Below, piece by piece: positions 10,201 to 19,209 of a stretch of DNA of 64,000 nucleotides. The stretch is from a virus. A program made the position numbers and the translations under genes. Under the pieces are notes generated by a model that was not told the DNA's origin, ran no database searches, and worked only from the letters and a program-made list of their open reading frames with translations. Location: the IMG/VR virus record IMGVR_UViG_3300049718_000055, positions 24,633 through 88,632 of that record. One strand, written 5' to 3'. How positions within the stretch are numbered: the first letter of the stretch is position 1; the number at the start of each line of letters is the position of its first letter.

Positions 10201-13200
10201 TGCGGTTCTGGCTTCTTCTCCTCTTTAGGAGCCTCATAACGGTTTTGCAGAGCCGCTTCAAATTCCTCCTGCGTTACCGGCTCAAACTTCTTCCCCTGTG
10301 ATTTTGCGATCTTCTCCAACTCTGGACGAAAAGCAACATTGAAATAGTCCGCGGCGGTGTGGAGTTCTTGCCCTTCTACTTTCGGAGCAAACAACATTTC
10401 CATCCCCGGCTCACCAACAATCATGTCATTCAAGGCGCCATTGAGACGTGTCGTTTTTGAATCAAGAAGAGCGACATAGACAGCTTGCGTAACGCGGCTC
10501 GGCTCGTCTGGTTTACCTAAGAAGAAATCTCCGTTCCCATAGACGTGATTCCATGCCGGTATCGGCTTGTCGCCTTCTCTCCTGAATCTTCGAGTCTTTG
10601 CCGCCGCCGAAACAGCCTCAGTAACTTTCTCTGTGAGACCTGGATAATAAGCTCTCAGTGCTGTTACCGATCCAATTGCCTTTGTCAGAGAGGATTCTGC
10701 ATCAGTTCCGCTTATCAGCCGCACAGACTCTACATCTAGAATATGAGATCCGACAAGAGCGAGAACAAACTTATCCTTCCCCGCCTTGTTGAGAGTGGCA
10801 TCCTCCCCAACGCTATCGAACCATGCCGCATTTTCGGTAGGTGGAATATGGAAATACTCTCTAGCTTTTTTGGCAAACCAATACGGATCATCGTCAATCG
10901 CCGCTCTTACGGTCGAGATGTCGTTGCCAGCTATTTTACTGGCAATCTCACTTAGGATTCCATCCTTCCCATCCAAACGCTCTTGATGGTCGGCATCGGA
11001 AAGTAGTTTCCCGTTGCTTAACGCCTCTACGTTTTCTCCTACCTGGGCGGAACTGCGGTCGTTGAATAATCTTCCAATTCTAGCCGCTTCACCCACGGTG
11101 TCTATCGGCTTATCCAAGACCCGTACAGGGATGTAGGTTCTTCCATCATCGGGAACGTGTTTAATACCTACCTTAGCGGAGAACTTTGCTACGGCATCAT
11201 TGAAAACAATCATTTCCGCATCGCGGGCCTTCGTATCCCCCATCCGAGAAATGTTCTCAAGCCACTTCTTGAGCCGTAGAAGTCTTGTGTTCCCTCCAAT
11301 TACACGGCCATACGAATCGAGAATCGCTGGACCATTCTCCGGCCCATATCCTGTATCAAAATAAAGCCGATGCGTGAAGTTTTCAGGCTGAGCTTCCCCT
11401 AAGACATCTTTCGTCCGATTCTCATCGAAATCTCTGTACTGCATTTCCTTTGGAACATACTCTTCGTTGTCCTCCAGATTGTTTCCATTCCACCTGTGAG
11501 AGACAATAGGAGCTTCAATGTCCATAAGAGCGTACTGCCCCGGGTGAGATTCCTTCCCTTTGTTGACCTGGGTAGGATCGCCACGACGGGCTATAAGAAT
11601 TCCCCCTCCACTTGGATAATCGCCCTTACCTGCGGCTTTCCCTACCGCATCCGCGGTTTGCTGCACTGCACGATGAAGCGTGTCCGTTGCCTCTTTTACG
11701 GCTTGTGCCCTCTTGTCAATATCCTGTTCCGTAGTGCCGGCGTTGACATCAAACGCATCACCTATCGACCGAACAACCTCAGCAACAGCGGCCTCCTGCC
11801 GACCCTCTGCCGCCTGAACGTACTCCTTTGCCTCTTCCGCGTTACGAGGTTCCGGCGCGGGACTTCCCGCCCTGTCATTGACCCCTTGAGTCGCTTGCCG
11901 ATTGTTCTCAACCCACACGGATTTAGATGCGGCCTCCGCTAACTGCTCCGGCTTATTGAAAACGATGCTGTCTCCCTTGCCAACAATCCTGCGCACTACA
12001 TCGCTTGGGTTTAAGGGATTGAGGTCGTGCTGTGCGCCTCCAGAGGAAAGATACAAGTCTCCGTTTTTCCTCTCGCTTACGGTCCAAGTGCGCCCCTTCC
12101 AGTTAGCGTCTTGAACTGTGTTCCCCGGCTGCAACTGAGCGATCCTCGCCAGAGGATCTTCGCTGCCAGAGAGTTTCTGACGAACCAATGCTTCGACCGG
12201 AACACCTTCCCTGTCGGCTACCTCTTGAAGTCTTCCGGCCGCATATTCAGGATTGCTTGCCCAACCAGCGTCTCCGACCTGGGTGAGAAGATTTATAAGT
12301 GACTGCTCGGTGTCTGGCGCCGGACCCTGCTCTCCCTCTTGCGGATTTGTGCGCTCTGCGCGGCTCTGCCGGCGCCGGTTCGAGTAATCCCTCACACGCG
12401 CCAGTTTCTCTTCAGGAATAGGCTCTGCCCCTGTCGCCAGCAACTCTTGGTCAATCGAAGCAACCGCCCGCTGTGCGTCCCTGTCCCGCTCTTCCCGAGA
12501 CAACCTTTCTTCTCTTGTCATCTCCCCGTAGCGGATACGTCCATAAGCCGCTAAATTCATTGCCAGATTAGAGTAAATTCCATCCTTCTTCAAAGGAATT
12601 TTTTGTCCATCTGGACCATGAAGAAGCCCGTCGGCCCCAAGTTCCCAAACATTGCCTCTGCGGTCAACAATCCTGTCTCCAGACCGCGTGAGCATATTCA
12701 GGTTTTCGTTGGTCAGATCCCATGCAGACGCTTCAGCCTGGGAGAGAGTCGCATCTTTCTTCTCGTAGTCCACTCCAGACTTTTCAAAGGCTTCATCGAA
12801 TTCGTGGTTGAATTGCTCTCTTCCATTTGCGAACGGACCTTCTACGCCCTCACCACGAGCAGCGTCATGCTCGTCTGGTAGACGCTCATCACCGCCAATC
12901 CCGGTCATGTCTTGAGCGTGGCGAGAATCAATTTCCTTCGCAATCAACTGCTCTGTGACATTTCCTAGATGATCTTCCTTTGCGGCATCTTCGGCTGTTG
13001 TGGTCCTGAGAGCTTGAATCTTGGCAAGCGTTCTCGCCGACTCCTCATCCTCAACACTCGCGGCCGTCTCTGCTGATCCGAAGTACCCTGTGGAATTTAG
13101 ATACTGCTTCTCCCCTGTTTCCTCGTCTTGGACATAAACCCCAAACCCGCTGCCGACTGGCTCGACGCCGATATACGCTTTCTGCTCAAGACGGGTTACG

Positions 13201-15050
13201 GGGCCATAAACCTCTTCGCCATCAACAACCGTCTTCGGAATTACTTCCGTGGCTTGTGGGCGCGGAGTCTCTTTCTCACGCTCCTCTCTAGCCTTTACGT
13301 TCCGCTGCCTTGCGGCCTCGTTGTCGGAAATGATTTTCTCGCGCTTTACTGTCTCCGCCTTTTTGTTCTCCTCTACGGCTTTGCGGATTGACTCCTGAAC
13401 CGCGCTCTCATGCTGCCTTGCAACAAGCTCTTCCCGGTCTGCATGGATTTTCCTTACAGCCCGTTCCGCCGCAATCGGATTCCAGGATTCTCTTAATGCT
13501 GTGCTGTGACGATATTGAATCCGTTTCAGGTTTCTTTCGTCTGCCTTCCCTATGAGATCATGCGCTCTCTGGAAATAAGGGTCATCGTTCCATACCTTGT
13601 CGAGTACAATCGACTGCTCTTGCGGAGTTTTTAATTGCCCAAATTTCTTCCCGTCAAATAGTTCCTTAGAGGCATCATCAAGATGGCTCGTGACTACCGC
13701 CTTGGCAGCATCTTCTTTAATTCCATGCGCCAGCATTGCAAGATTGCCAAGACCGGAAAGGCCAAATTCAAGCGTTTCTGAAATATCCCCCTTCTTTGCC
13801 GCTTCCATTGTCTGCTGATAGTCCTGCCCTACTCCAGCGGCCATCTGAATCTTGAAGCCATAATCAGCAAGAGTGGAGACGGTTCTGACTGTTCTCGCAA
13901 CAGCAATAGGAGCTTCCCATCCCATTTGTTCTGGAAGGCTTGCGCCCCGTGAGGCCACGATAATAGCCACCATTGCAGGATTGGTTAGAGTTTCCCCAAG
14001 CCGCATCGAGGCATTTGAAATTCCGGCATTACCTTTTGCTACTATTCCTTTCCACTTACTTGTCTCTCCAACCCTGTCGGCCCATGTATTGTTTTTTGCC
14101 CTGATAAGGTCTGTGTCCCCTCCTTCAATACCTACGGATTTTGATGCGAGAGAGACTAGGTTGGGATGCTCCGCGTGTGGCTCTGGAATGCCCAGCAGTC
14201 TAGCGGTATTCGCTATTCCTCCCTTGATTTCATCCCACCAATTTCCGCCGGCAACTTCGAGCCTCTTCGTTGCTCTGGCAAGATCGGTAAGTCCTGCGTA
14301 TTCCTGCTTTCGCTCCTCATTCCACCCTTGCTCACTGGCATAGGCATACCCTTCAGCATAGTGCTTCGCATACTCCTCTGGGGTAGAAAATGAGTGATAC
14401 GCTATCTCCGCCGGGTCCGCAATTGTACGAGAGGTGTCAAAGCGATGATTTTTAAGGTCTGATTCTTCTTTTGCCTTGTGATCTTGCGCCCTCTTCAATG
14501 CGCTCTGGTATACGCCTCCCTGCTCATCTGGCGTGAGGGTTTTCTTCTCTGCATCTTCCCACTGCAAAGACATAGCATATTCTTCACCCCTTGCGGGATT
14601 TAGATGATGCAGTTGCACACCATCCCTGTATCGGCTGACTCTTTCAATTGCCCTGTCTTTGCTTTGCCCTTCGTTTATAGTGCGGGCATAGATTCTCTGC
14701 TCGGGTGTCATCCACGAATCGTCATACGTTCCGCTCTGCATACTGCGGGCATTTTCCGATTCGACTGACGAAGGCCCAATTGTCGCATGGTGAGGGCCGG
14801 CGCCTGTCGCTTGGAGAATCTTTTCCTGTGGGGTCTGAACAGCGGTTGCACCGTGCTTTTCAGCCAGTGCCGCGAAGTCTGTCTTTGGGGTCTTACTTAC
14901 ATTTTGAATAACAGGTTGGGCAGCTTGAGACTTCGACGAACCTCCAAATTGCTTGGCGAGACTCTGGTAATCGACGTTTGGGCCTTCCTTCTTTTGCCCA
15001 ACTACGCCACCAAATTGTCCTGCGAGTTTTTCATAATCAGTCGGCATCAC
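4206..15050 (-). CDS. Giant polyvalent virion/ejection protein: ParB-like domain, HExxH metallopeptidase, Strawberry-notch/DarB-like SF2 helicase
   Basis: 3614 aa. GPAILDSYGRVIGGNTR (ParB-like); THELWH; GDGALVASGTGTGKT, IADEAG, SATP, AGGIG, QTLGRPWR helicase motifs. Last gene of the virion module. Confidence 0.8.
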   Translation of the reverse strand: MMPTDYEKLAGQFGGVVGQKKEGPNVDYQSLAKQFGGSSKSQAAQPVIQNVSKTPKTDFAALAEKHGATAVQTPQEKILQATGAGPHHATIGPSSVESENARSMQSGTYDDSWMTPEQRIYARTINEGQSKDRAIERVSRYRDGVQLHHLNPARGEEYAMSLQWEDAEKKTLTPDEQGGVYQSALKRAQDHKAKEESDLKNHRFDTSRTIADPAEIAYHSFSTPEEYAKHYAEGYAYASEQGWNEERKQEYAGLTDLARATKRLEVAGGNWWDEIKGGIANTARLLGIPEPHAEHPNLVSLASKSVGIEGGDTDLIRAKNNTWADRVGETSKWKGIVAKGNAGISNASMRLGETLTNPAMVAIIVASRGASLPEQMGWEAPIAVARTVRTVSTLADYGFKIQMAAGVGQDYQQTMEAAKKGDISETLEFGLSGLGNLAMLAHGIKEDAAKAVVTSHLDDASKELFDGKKFGQLKTPQEQSIVLDKVWNDDPYFQRAHDLIGKADERNLKRIQYRHSTALRESWNPIAAERAVRKIHADREELVARQHESAVQESIRKAVEENKKAETVKREKIISDNEAARQRNVKAREEREKETPRPQATEVIPKTVVDGEEVYGPVTRLEQKAYIGVEPVGSGFGVYVQDEETGEKQYLNSTGYFGSAETAASVEDEESARTLAKIQALRTTTAEDAAKEDHLGNVTEQLIAKEIDSRHAQDMTGIGGDERLPDEHDAARGEGVEGPFANGREQFNHEFDEAFEKSGVDYEKKDATLSQAEASAWDLTNENLNMLTRSGDRIVDRRGNVWELGADGLLHGPDGQKIPLKKDGIYSNLAMNLAAYGRIRYGEMTREERLSREERDRDAQRAVASIDQELLATGAEPIPEEKLARVRDYSNRRRQSRAERTNPQEGEQGPAPDTEQSLINLLTQVGDAGWASNPEYAAGRLQEVADREGVPVEALVRQKLSGSEDPLARIAQLQPGNTVQDANWKGRTWTVSERKNGDLYLSSGGAQHDLNPLNPSDVVRRIVGKGDSIVFNKPEQLAEAASKSVWVENNRQATQGVNDRAGSPAPEPRNAEEAKEYVQAAEGRQEAAVAEVVRSIGDAFDVNAGTTEQDIDKRAQAVKEATDTLHRAVQQTADAVGKAAGKGDYPSGGGILIARRGDPTQVNKGKESHPGQYALMDIEAPIVSHRWNGNNLEDNEEYVPKEMQYRDFDENRTKDVLGEAQPENFTHRLYFDTGYGPENGPAILDSYGRVIGGNTRLLRLKKWLENISRMGDTKARDAEMIVFNDAVAKFSAKVGIKHVPDDGRTYIPVRVLDKPIDTVGEAARIGRLFNDRSSAQVGENVEALSNGKLLSDADHQERLDGKDGILSEIASKIAGNDISTVRAAIDDDPYWFAKKAREYFHIPPTENAAWFDSVGEDATLNKAGKDKFVLALVGSHILDVESVRLISGTDAESSLTKAIGSVTALRAYYPGLTEKVTEAVSAAAKTRRFRREGDKPIPAWNHVYGNGDFFLGKPDEPSRVTQAVYVALLDSKTTRLNGALNDMIVGEPGMEMLFAPKVEGQELHTAADYFNVAFRPELEKIAKSQGKKFEPVTQEEFEAALQNRYEAPKEEKKPEPQPEVKAEEIPKIGIEPPAEPKAETEKGIKPPPKTRSEKEVAKDVLLNQVREQGYVDYEGLKTFVYADESTKENAKWHMKNFHLVSEAIWEFEKPEGVERKDALKWVLERKKILSSIERDKYFERGRGRTEWDEIGKTSRVYLHEKADKTTVTHELWHAFLPFLSDEDLRALNTITGPTKALWDGKSRADLVGKVLEEFSERAIGGIEKYNRDENPKLFSAETGKILAKLKEIFQQVYKKWREDPLRPFRVTDDAKETLDRIYHVTGMDPADEFLTETEAAEKAKKRIKNPSDVVDPIEQARKDTGAIFVRRDVKGVIEARTHEGAKDVKNIPGKTVVFAFDDYAKAVMAFTPIGRETRYGSSGIQADAAQLIEMDDGNWGVKFNTKGNVPPTVMFQESQPETRGEMGARRNQLKRELSALPRHKILDKQFLQMQIDDLENKIAAEYGTEERAPKTDPELAHKVMEERKNERANRVREGTHEAAGIQRPPTVDRVSGKTELGMPRHDGAGGSPAIRGFGVDRVEPIRMLPLRETNDPVVGKTADDAPETEESWKKRTGKAGMSTESPLPIWAITERTARILDEDKHPGQAPTVQIVMSALQRGDGALVASGTGTGKTWTAMGIISEFGRDREAGDKPLTLYITRNRPLLEKTADEPAKAFGVDLSLDTPKFGIENGTYGVSYQTALRNPVYQNIKWDMVIADEAGEARNWFKKAENKKGMSQGQMLMAIMQNAKKGVYMSATPFHTPLEVGYLEKLGLWKKGGYEEFLKSNFKTYYKDKTLVAELDPVKMAKLRQQLIQRGQMVSQTLSYEGFNVHFGFVPMTSAMKRGLDTISGLMERARTRTKLTEGLSPKSISAYEAQFTKAFLEREMIPNVIEMAKRDIEKGYSIIIASPTTDEDLFRKERSGEPTAFQQMDDAMNGQFSRLLPRLPNVFDALQAEFGDKIGNYSGVNQSDTGREKVRKDFQDGKLPMAYLSIPAGGIGSDWNDTKGDKPRLMYVLGPPYSGVLLEQTLGRPWRDGTKSDVHVVFLGTDAAPQVRIMKELVAPRMRSIRAAVHGIKDSLATAMENYSDVERTRAEQDTLNFANGNEIEVKAADFGVRHAGRVVGIDSWDAIQIPPASEAMNKGLRTGAQEGADWTNMYQDKERAFTPPPTNVKAEKAINDIAESAAKNPDIPKETIALGAAHASEVAGITPEGIDPAEAGSYAMKGELQSHGFTYDPETGEWSGPLYHAKKMLGRDTSGLEERRLGESEEPTFGQRIKEKIRIPAINAARKIGMQDKVRRWFDKEYANYQKRTLGMNFRMRALGVSRKSGYLEKTGAVFDKLDDYQQKQMGISGNFQMRLIDIFKENKLEWNSDGPVEGKVKEWLRRPGHDDVREVWDVKEGRVASNDPRINKAAEELRLLMDEANELATKEGVHREDGSIYDVPNNPHYMPHETDWDMELTDSETGEIRTLSEVCDDKTLDDVAKLRYLEKERQRLKVGTGDAHRWLGELSRDRERRLKRPRNPNVTTKRTVNHPFYKKDIWALNKYFDQLGSAVALESTLGHDMGKVGSLIADVPSSALRKDLTENLKLYFEYQDWNTRVGRMYRFMQPFEVITKMSLSPISVAFHNVHAGQLGLKPWFVGNYRMFRHPKERMREKFYVGVVTPRMNPALIEGKNFGVAKEMLKATGFSDVYNWQRATVGEIAWAWMDLDVLSDLKAGGKRAETSRRLLKDRMLLSDDEINKAVANNRWDEESKWKAERVFANKVAFTEQPEQMPRMAKLSMSEGLGDAEKNLHAVAHAAYNLQSFQIKSYSGIKEWYFDEVFHHRNFRPLLPFFLLYPAAGFALMNLKAGVKHGAQKAFEGATGQSHTRDSWDNLLEDYRDLEKHPWSGALKICLDSLFIGMANDRMKMWTDIGMMAAEGEEKKLYKMMGYMATDELDRLVGSIYKDIFMAGSTVPKAADDTSKLKNPTVKKFGKNLEKESAKEAKRIAWPLGTIPKVNEWSGTKKIQPPPK

Positions 15051-16729
15051 TTAATCCCGGCTGCTTGCTTGAAGGCGTCAGCCGATTTCTGGTCTGGGAA
15101 TGTGTAGGTATTTCCGTCTGGAGCTTGAATCGCTATGGTCCCCTGCTGCTGTCCCCCTGTTGTCCCACCAATCGACTTTACGGCAGAGTCGTACTCTTCC
15201 GCAACGCTTTGCTTTGCGCCGTCAAGAAACTTCTTCGCTCTGGTGTAGGCCGCATCTTTGGCCTGTTGAGCAGCCTCGAGAATCGACGGGTCGCCAGTAG
15301 CCGCCGTCTTTTGAGCCGCTGCAAATGCCTTGTCCGCAGCGGCAAGGTCGGCCTTGTATTGATTCTCAGCCTTCCGGTAGCCTTCCTTCTGCTTCTGAGT
15401 AGCCTGCCGGGTTACTGAGGCTGTGAGAGCCGTCTGCTTGCCTCCCGGCGGCGGGGTGATTCCAGCCTTTGCGGTCTTGCCAGCCTGCGGTGGACGGCCA
15501 ATCCCTTGCGCTCCCTGCCCGGTAGGAGACGCCTTTGCCGTTGGAGGCTTACTGATCCCTGCCGAAGCGGGAGAAGCCTGCCTCGAAGCCGCTGGAGGTG
15601 GCTGTATGGCCACCGGAGTGGCCTTGCGCGTCGCTGTGGTCTTCCTGTCTCCCTGCGGGGTGGTAGAGGACGTACTCGTGGTGGCTGTCTGAAGAGTTTT
15701 ATCCGCCCTCGCTTGCTGCCTTGCTGCCGTCAGTTGCTCTGTGGTGGCGTTTTCTCTCGTTACCCCAAACTTTTCCTTTAGAAACTTATCCTCTGCTTCG
15801 GCGTCGGAACCGGCCTTTGGCGCCGCGCTCCCTGCCGTTGCGTTCCATCCCTCCGGCTGTCTCCCAGGAACATACCAACCCCTACGGCTTCCGTCTGGAG
15901 AGGAGTATTCCTTCGGAGTACCCCTTCCAGATTCCCGCTCCCTTTGCTCGATTCTTCCCTTTGCCGCATCGATTGGCTTGACGCCGGTCTCAGGGTCTAC
16001 GTCAAACACCTGCTTCTTTACTTCGGGCGGGAGAATAGCCTGTTGTTTTTCATCAAGGCTGCCGTATAGAGCAACCATATTGGAGTCCGCAGCGGCTTGC
16101 TGCTTGCTCTGGACTTCCTGTTGTTGTTCCTGCAACTTAACATTTTGTTCTTTCCCTTGCTGGGTCTGACCTAGCGGCCTTGCCTGCATGGTCATCAAAG
16201 CAAGTTGGGGAACGATATGCTGGTTCGCCGCAAGAAAATCTCGAATGTTGCTGAATCCCGCGCTGGCTTGTTTCTTGTCTTTGCCGCCCGTTGAACCAGA
16301 GCCTCCCGATGCGCTCTTCTTCCCCTTCTGTGTCTTATCAGGAATCATTATCGAACTGATCCCAGCTAGAGCCGTGTCTGTTGTTCCCTTATATGCAATG
16401 AAAGCAGGGTCTTTTTCGTCGTTCGGCTTCGCTTCTCCAGAGTCGATTTTCTGCTGGTACTGATCCCTCGCTGCCCCTATCGCCGCTTGCGCAGAATTGT
16501 ACATTGCCTCTGCTTGAGCTTGCTTCCGCTGTTCTTTTACCTTGTGCCCCTGCATGAAACCCTTGAGCATGGCATCGCCGATTGCCAGAGCACCTGTTCC
16601 ACGTCTTCCAAATTGGCCATTTAGAGGTTGCGCAGGCCCGCCGCCGCCGGTATTGTTCATGGGCAGTTGAACAAGCGGAATCGTACTGACATACGGCTTG
16701 ATCTCGGTTTGGGGAGTATTTACTGGCAA
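15047..16729 (-). CDS. Putative internal virion/DNA-ejection protein
   Basis: Ala/Gln/Gly-rich helical 560 aa, coupled to the giant gene. Confidence 0.6.
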   Translation of the reverse strand: MPVNTPQTEIKPYVSTIPLVQLPMNNTGGGGPAQPLNGQFGRRGTGALAIGDAMLKGFMQGHKVKEQRKQAQAEAMYNSAQAAIGAARDQYQQKIDSGEAKPNDEKDPAFIAYKGTTDTALAGISSIMIPDKTQKGKKSASGGSGSTGGKDKKQASAGFSNIRDFLAANQHIVPQLALMTMQARPLGQTQQGKEQNVKLQEQQQEVQSKQQAAADSNMVALYGSLDEKQQAILPPEVKKQVFDVDPETGVKPIDAAKGRIEQRERESGRGTPKEYSSPDGSRRGWYVPGRQPEGWNATAGSAAPKAGSDAEAEDKFLKEKFGVTRENATTEQLTAARQQARADKTLQTATTSTSSTTPQGDRKTTATRKATPVAIQPPPAASRQASPASAGISKPPTAKASPTGQGAQGIGRPPQAGKTAKAGITPPPGGKQTALTASVTRQATQKQKEGYRKAENQYKADLAAADKAFAAAQKTAATGDPSILEAAQQAKDAAYTRAKKFLDGAKQSVAEEYDSAVKSIGGTTGGQQQGTIAIQAPDGNTYTFPDQKSADAFKQAAGIK

Positions 16730-16733
16730 CGTC

Positions 16734-17105
16734 TTACCTCGATGAATCCTTGCGTTCCTTCTTCCGCTTCTTGTCGGGCTTCTTTCCGCCCACTGTGCTC
16801 ATTCCAACCTTATGAACGCCAACACGCTTCGCCTTCTTCCGTTTCGGGATGATCCGGTCCTCGGCCTTAGTGCGTTTCGCTTTGCGAATTTTACCGCCGG
16901 TCCTATACTCGACAGGGTGAATGTGCTCTGCGTATTTCCCCGCAGATTCCGTCTCCGAACGACCACCCGCGGCCATAGCCTTGCCTACCTGCTGGAGAAC
17001 AATTCCCCCTGGGCTTGATGGCTTTCCGCCGCCGGCGCCGCCCTTCGCGCCGCCTTTTCCCCCACCCTGAACCATGCTCATTATGCCGCTTGCGCTGTCT
17101 CCCAT
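16734..17105 (-). CDS. Small Gly/Lys-rich basic protein (YxxGGK motif)
   Basis: PVEYRTGGKIRK, Lys/Arg tail. Confidence 0.65.
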   Translation of the reverse strand: MGDSASGIMSMVQGGGKGGAKGGAGGGKPSSPGGIVLQQVGKAMAAGGRSETESAGKYAEHIHPVEYRTGGKIRKAKRTKAEDRIIPKRKKAKRVGVHKVGMSTVGGKKPDKKRKKERKDSSR

Positions 17106-17107
17106 AA

Positions 17108-17317
17108 CTACCTCCCCGCCGATCTTTCGTCCTTCTTCCGCTTGCCCTTCGCGCTCTTCATTAGACGCTCAGAATTCTTGGTTTTCCGTACCTTGCCACC
17201 GCGCTTCAGAATGGCCGGAATTTCTACACCATACTTCATAAAAGGAGTCTTGTACCACGGAGTTCCCTTGTGGGGTTCCCACTTACCGTTTTTCCCTTTG
17301 AGAATTTCGCTACTCAT
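17108..17317 (-). CDS. Small basic protein (KRGGKVRK motif)
   Basis: Packed ORF with GGAG RBS. Confidence 0.6.
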   Translation of the reverse strand: MSSEILKGKNGKWEPHKGTPWYKTPFMKYGVEIPAILKRGGKVRKTKNSERLMKSAKGKRKKDERSAGR

Positions 17318-17319
17318 TT

Positions 17320-17736
17320 TTAGCTCCTTCCGGCGTCTTTGCGATCTTTCTTCCGCTTGTCCTTCTTGCGCTTCTTGTCGGTCAACGTCATCCCGGCTCT
17401 CTTCATCAGGCGCTCAACTTTCTTGCGCTTGTCGGCAGGAATCACCCGCTCATTCTCATGTGCGATGATCGGGACAGCCCGATTCTTCCTCTTCGATTTT
17501 CCTACTCTGCCACCCTTTTTGTAGCGAACTGGCTGGATACTATCGCTTATTTTCCCGGCGTTAGACGATTCGATATTGGCCCAATCCTGCATGGCCTTCC
17601 CCGCAGAAGACGAGGCTTTCTTCAAGCGTCCGCCCATGCCTCCGCTGCCGCTCGAAGACCCTCCCGAGGAACCGCTCTTCGACTGCTGCTGAATTCCCTG
17701 TTGAACCATTCCCTGCCAACCGCCACTAGCAGCCAT
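17320..17736 (-). CDS. Small Gly/Ser/Lys-rich basic protein
   Basis: Start revised to ATG 17736 (AAAGGAG RBS); PVRYKKGGRVGK..AHENERVIP. Confidence 0.65.
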   Translation of the reverse strand: MAASGGWQGMVQQGIQQQSKSGSSGGSSSGSGGMGGRLKKASSSAGKAMQDWANIESSNAGKISDSIQPVRYKKGGRVGKSKRKNRAVPIIAHENERVIPADKRKKVERLMKRAGMTLTDKKRKKDKRKKDRKDAGRS

Positions 17737-18526
17737 AAGGCGCTCCTTTCGATTTCTTCGCTTGCGATAGGAACCAGTCAAACAGCGGCTTGAGGACAAA
17801 CCTAACCGCCGCGTTCCTCTTGAATTGCCGCGCAACTCTCTGCCCATACTCCCGGTACATCCACATGACCGCAGACCCCACAAACGTCTTCGCGTAGACT
17901 CTATTGAGCCACCTGCGAACCAAGAGAGTCCGTTCGTCGAAGTCTCCCCAATACGCCATTGCAATCCAGCACGCTTCTCCACCAGCCTCAAGCAGTGAGC
18001 CCCCGACACTCCCCCACAGTCCCATTTGAGTAGCTTTTTGCTCGTTGGAAATCTGCTGAATCTGCCCATATTGGTTAGACGCCGAGTTCATTCCACGCAA
18101 TCCTGTCTCTGTGGCCTGATTCCCCTGCGACACGTTCTGACCGCCCAAACTTGCCAGAGACGAGAACGCTCCCGTATACGATCCGGTCGTAAGGTTGCTG
18201 ATCTGCGCCCCCTTTGACAAGTCCGCATCCGAGATTGCAAGGTCTCGCGCCCCTCCTCTTGGGGCGTTCTGCATGATGTTTTGGAGTTGCTGATTCGACT
18301 GCCCGGTAATGCTCTGAATGGCCGGTGCGTTTGCCCTCGCTAGCGCGTTCGGATCACCGCTGGCCAGTTTATTGTAATAGGATTCTGATTTTTCAAGTCC
18401 AGGAAGGGCGAGATTAAAGAGAGTGGAGCCCTCTTCGGCGCTCTGTTTTCCAGAAGCCGTCATCATGTCAGCTAAATTCGCTTGACTGGCCTGTAGTTGG
18501 GCGTCCTCGCCTGAACTCTTTCCCAC
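17726..18526 (-). CDS. Putative DNA pilot/ejection protein with CFI-box-CTERM-like C-terminus
   Basis: Gln/Ser/Gly-rich body; ACWIAMAYWG..LVRRWL..YREYG tail. Confidence 0.6.
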   Translation of the reverse strand: MGKSSGEDAQLQASQANLADMMTASGKQSAEEGSTLFNLALPGLEKSESYYNKLASGDPNALARANAPAIQSITGQSNQQLQNIMQNAPRGGARDLAISDADLSKGAQISNLTTGSYTGAFSSLASLGGQNVSQGNQATETGLRGMNSASNQYGQIQQISNEQKATQMGLWGSVGGSLLEAGGEACWIAMAYWGDFDERTLLVRRWLNRVYAKTFVGSAVMWMYREYGQRVARQFKRNAAVRFVLKPLFDWFLSQAKKSKGAPYGC

Positions 18527-18558
18527 GGATGCACTCCTACATGGAAGGGTACAACCGA

Positions 18559-19167
18559 TTAGGCGTTCGTTGCCACTAATTTCTTCGACTCAAACCATTT
18601 CTCGAACGCTGGAGTAAAATCATTTACCTCAAGTATCATGGCAACCGCTGAAACCAACTTGCCGCGGTAGAAGTGGAAACGTCTCACTACGCCTTGATGC
18701 TTGAACCCAAGCCGCTCCGCAAACCTCTGCGCCGGCTTGTTCTCTTCAAGAAGTACCCCGTGGATGACATCGATCTTCAACCCTTCCGTCCAATATGCGA
18801 TTCCGAGCATCCCTAAATCGTACATATAGCGGCTTCTCTTGATAAACGCGAACCCGCATAATGCCGCTCTCTCCCCGTCAACCCCCTTTGGAAGTTCCAC
18901 CCAAGCATAGCCGACCGGATGAACGATCTCCTCTGGAGTCCCCTGATTCTCAACCTCGCAGAGTATTTGAGTCACCCTCTTGGATTCATCGAATGATCGA
19001 ATGAACTGGTCGTGAGAGGGATTTTCTCCGCACATGATGTACTCCAAACGGCCGAGTTCCTTGCTGCGGTAGTAGAGCGTAGAGAGCATTCCATCCCGGT
19101 AAACTGCGGTTCCAGGAGAAAACGGAATCACCGCCGCGTTTTTCGTCATGTATTTCCAGCCGTCCAT
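18559..19167 (-). CDS. GNAT-fold acetyltransferase-like protein
   Basis: ENKPAQRFAERLGFKHQG GNAT signature; podovirus virion-module position. Confidence 0.75.
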   Translation of the reverse strand: MDGWKYMTKNAAVIPFSPGTAVYRDGMLSTLYYRSKELGRLEYIMCGENPSHDQFIRSFDESKRVTQILCEVENQGTPEEIVHPVGYAWVELPKGVDGERAALCGFAFIKRSRYMYDLGMLGIAYWTEGLKIDVIHGVLLEENKPAQRFAERLGFKHQGVVRRFHFYRGKLVSAVAMILEVNDFTPAFEKWFESKKLVATNA

Positions 19168-19209
19168 CACGCCTCCCTTGTCTCTTCGGCACTCCAAAAA
19201 TTAGAATCC

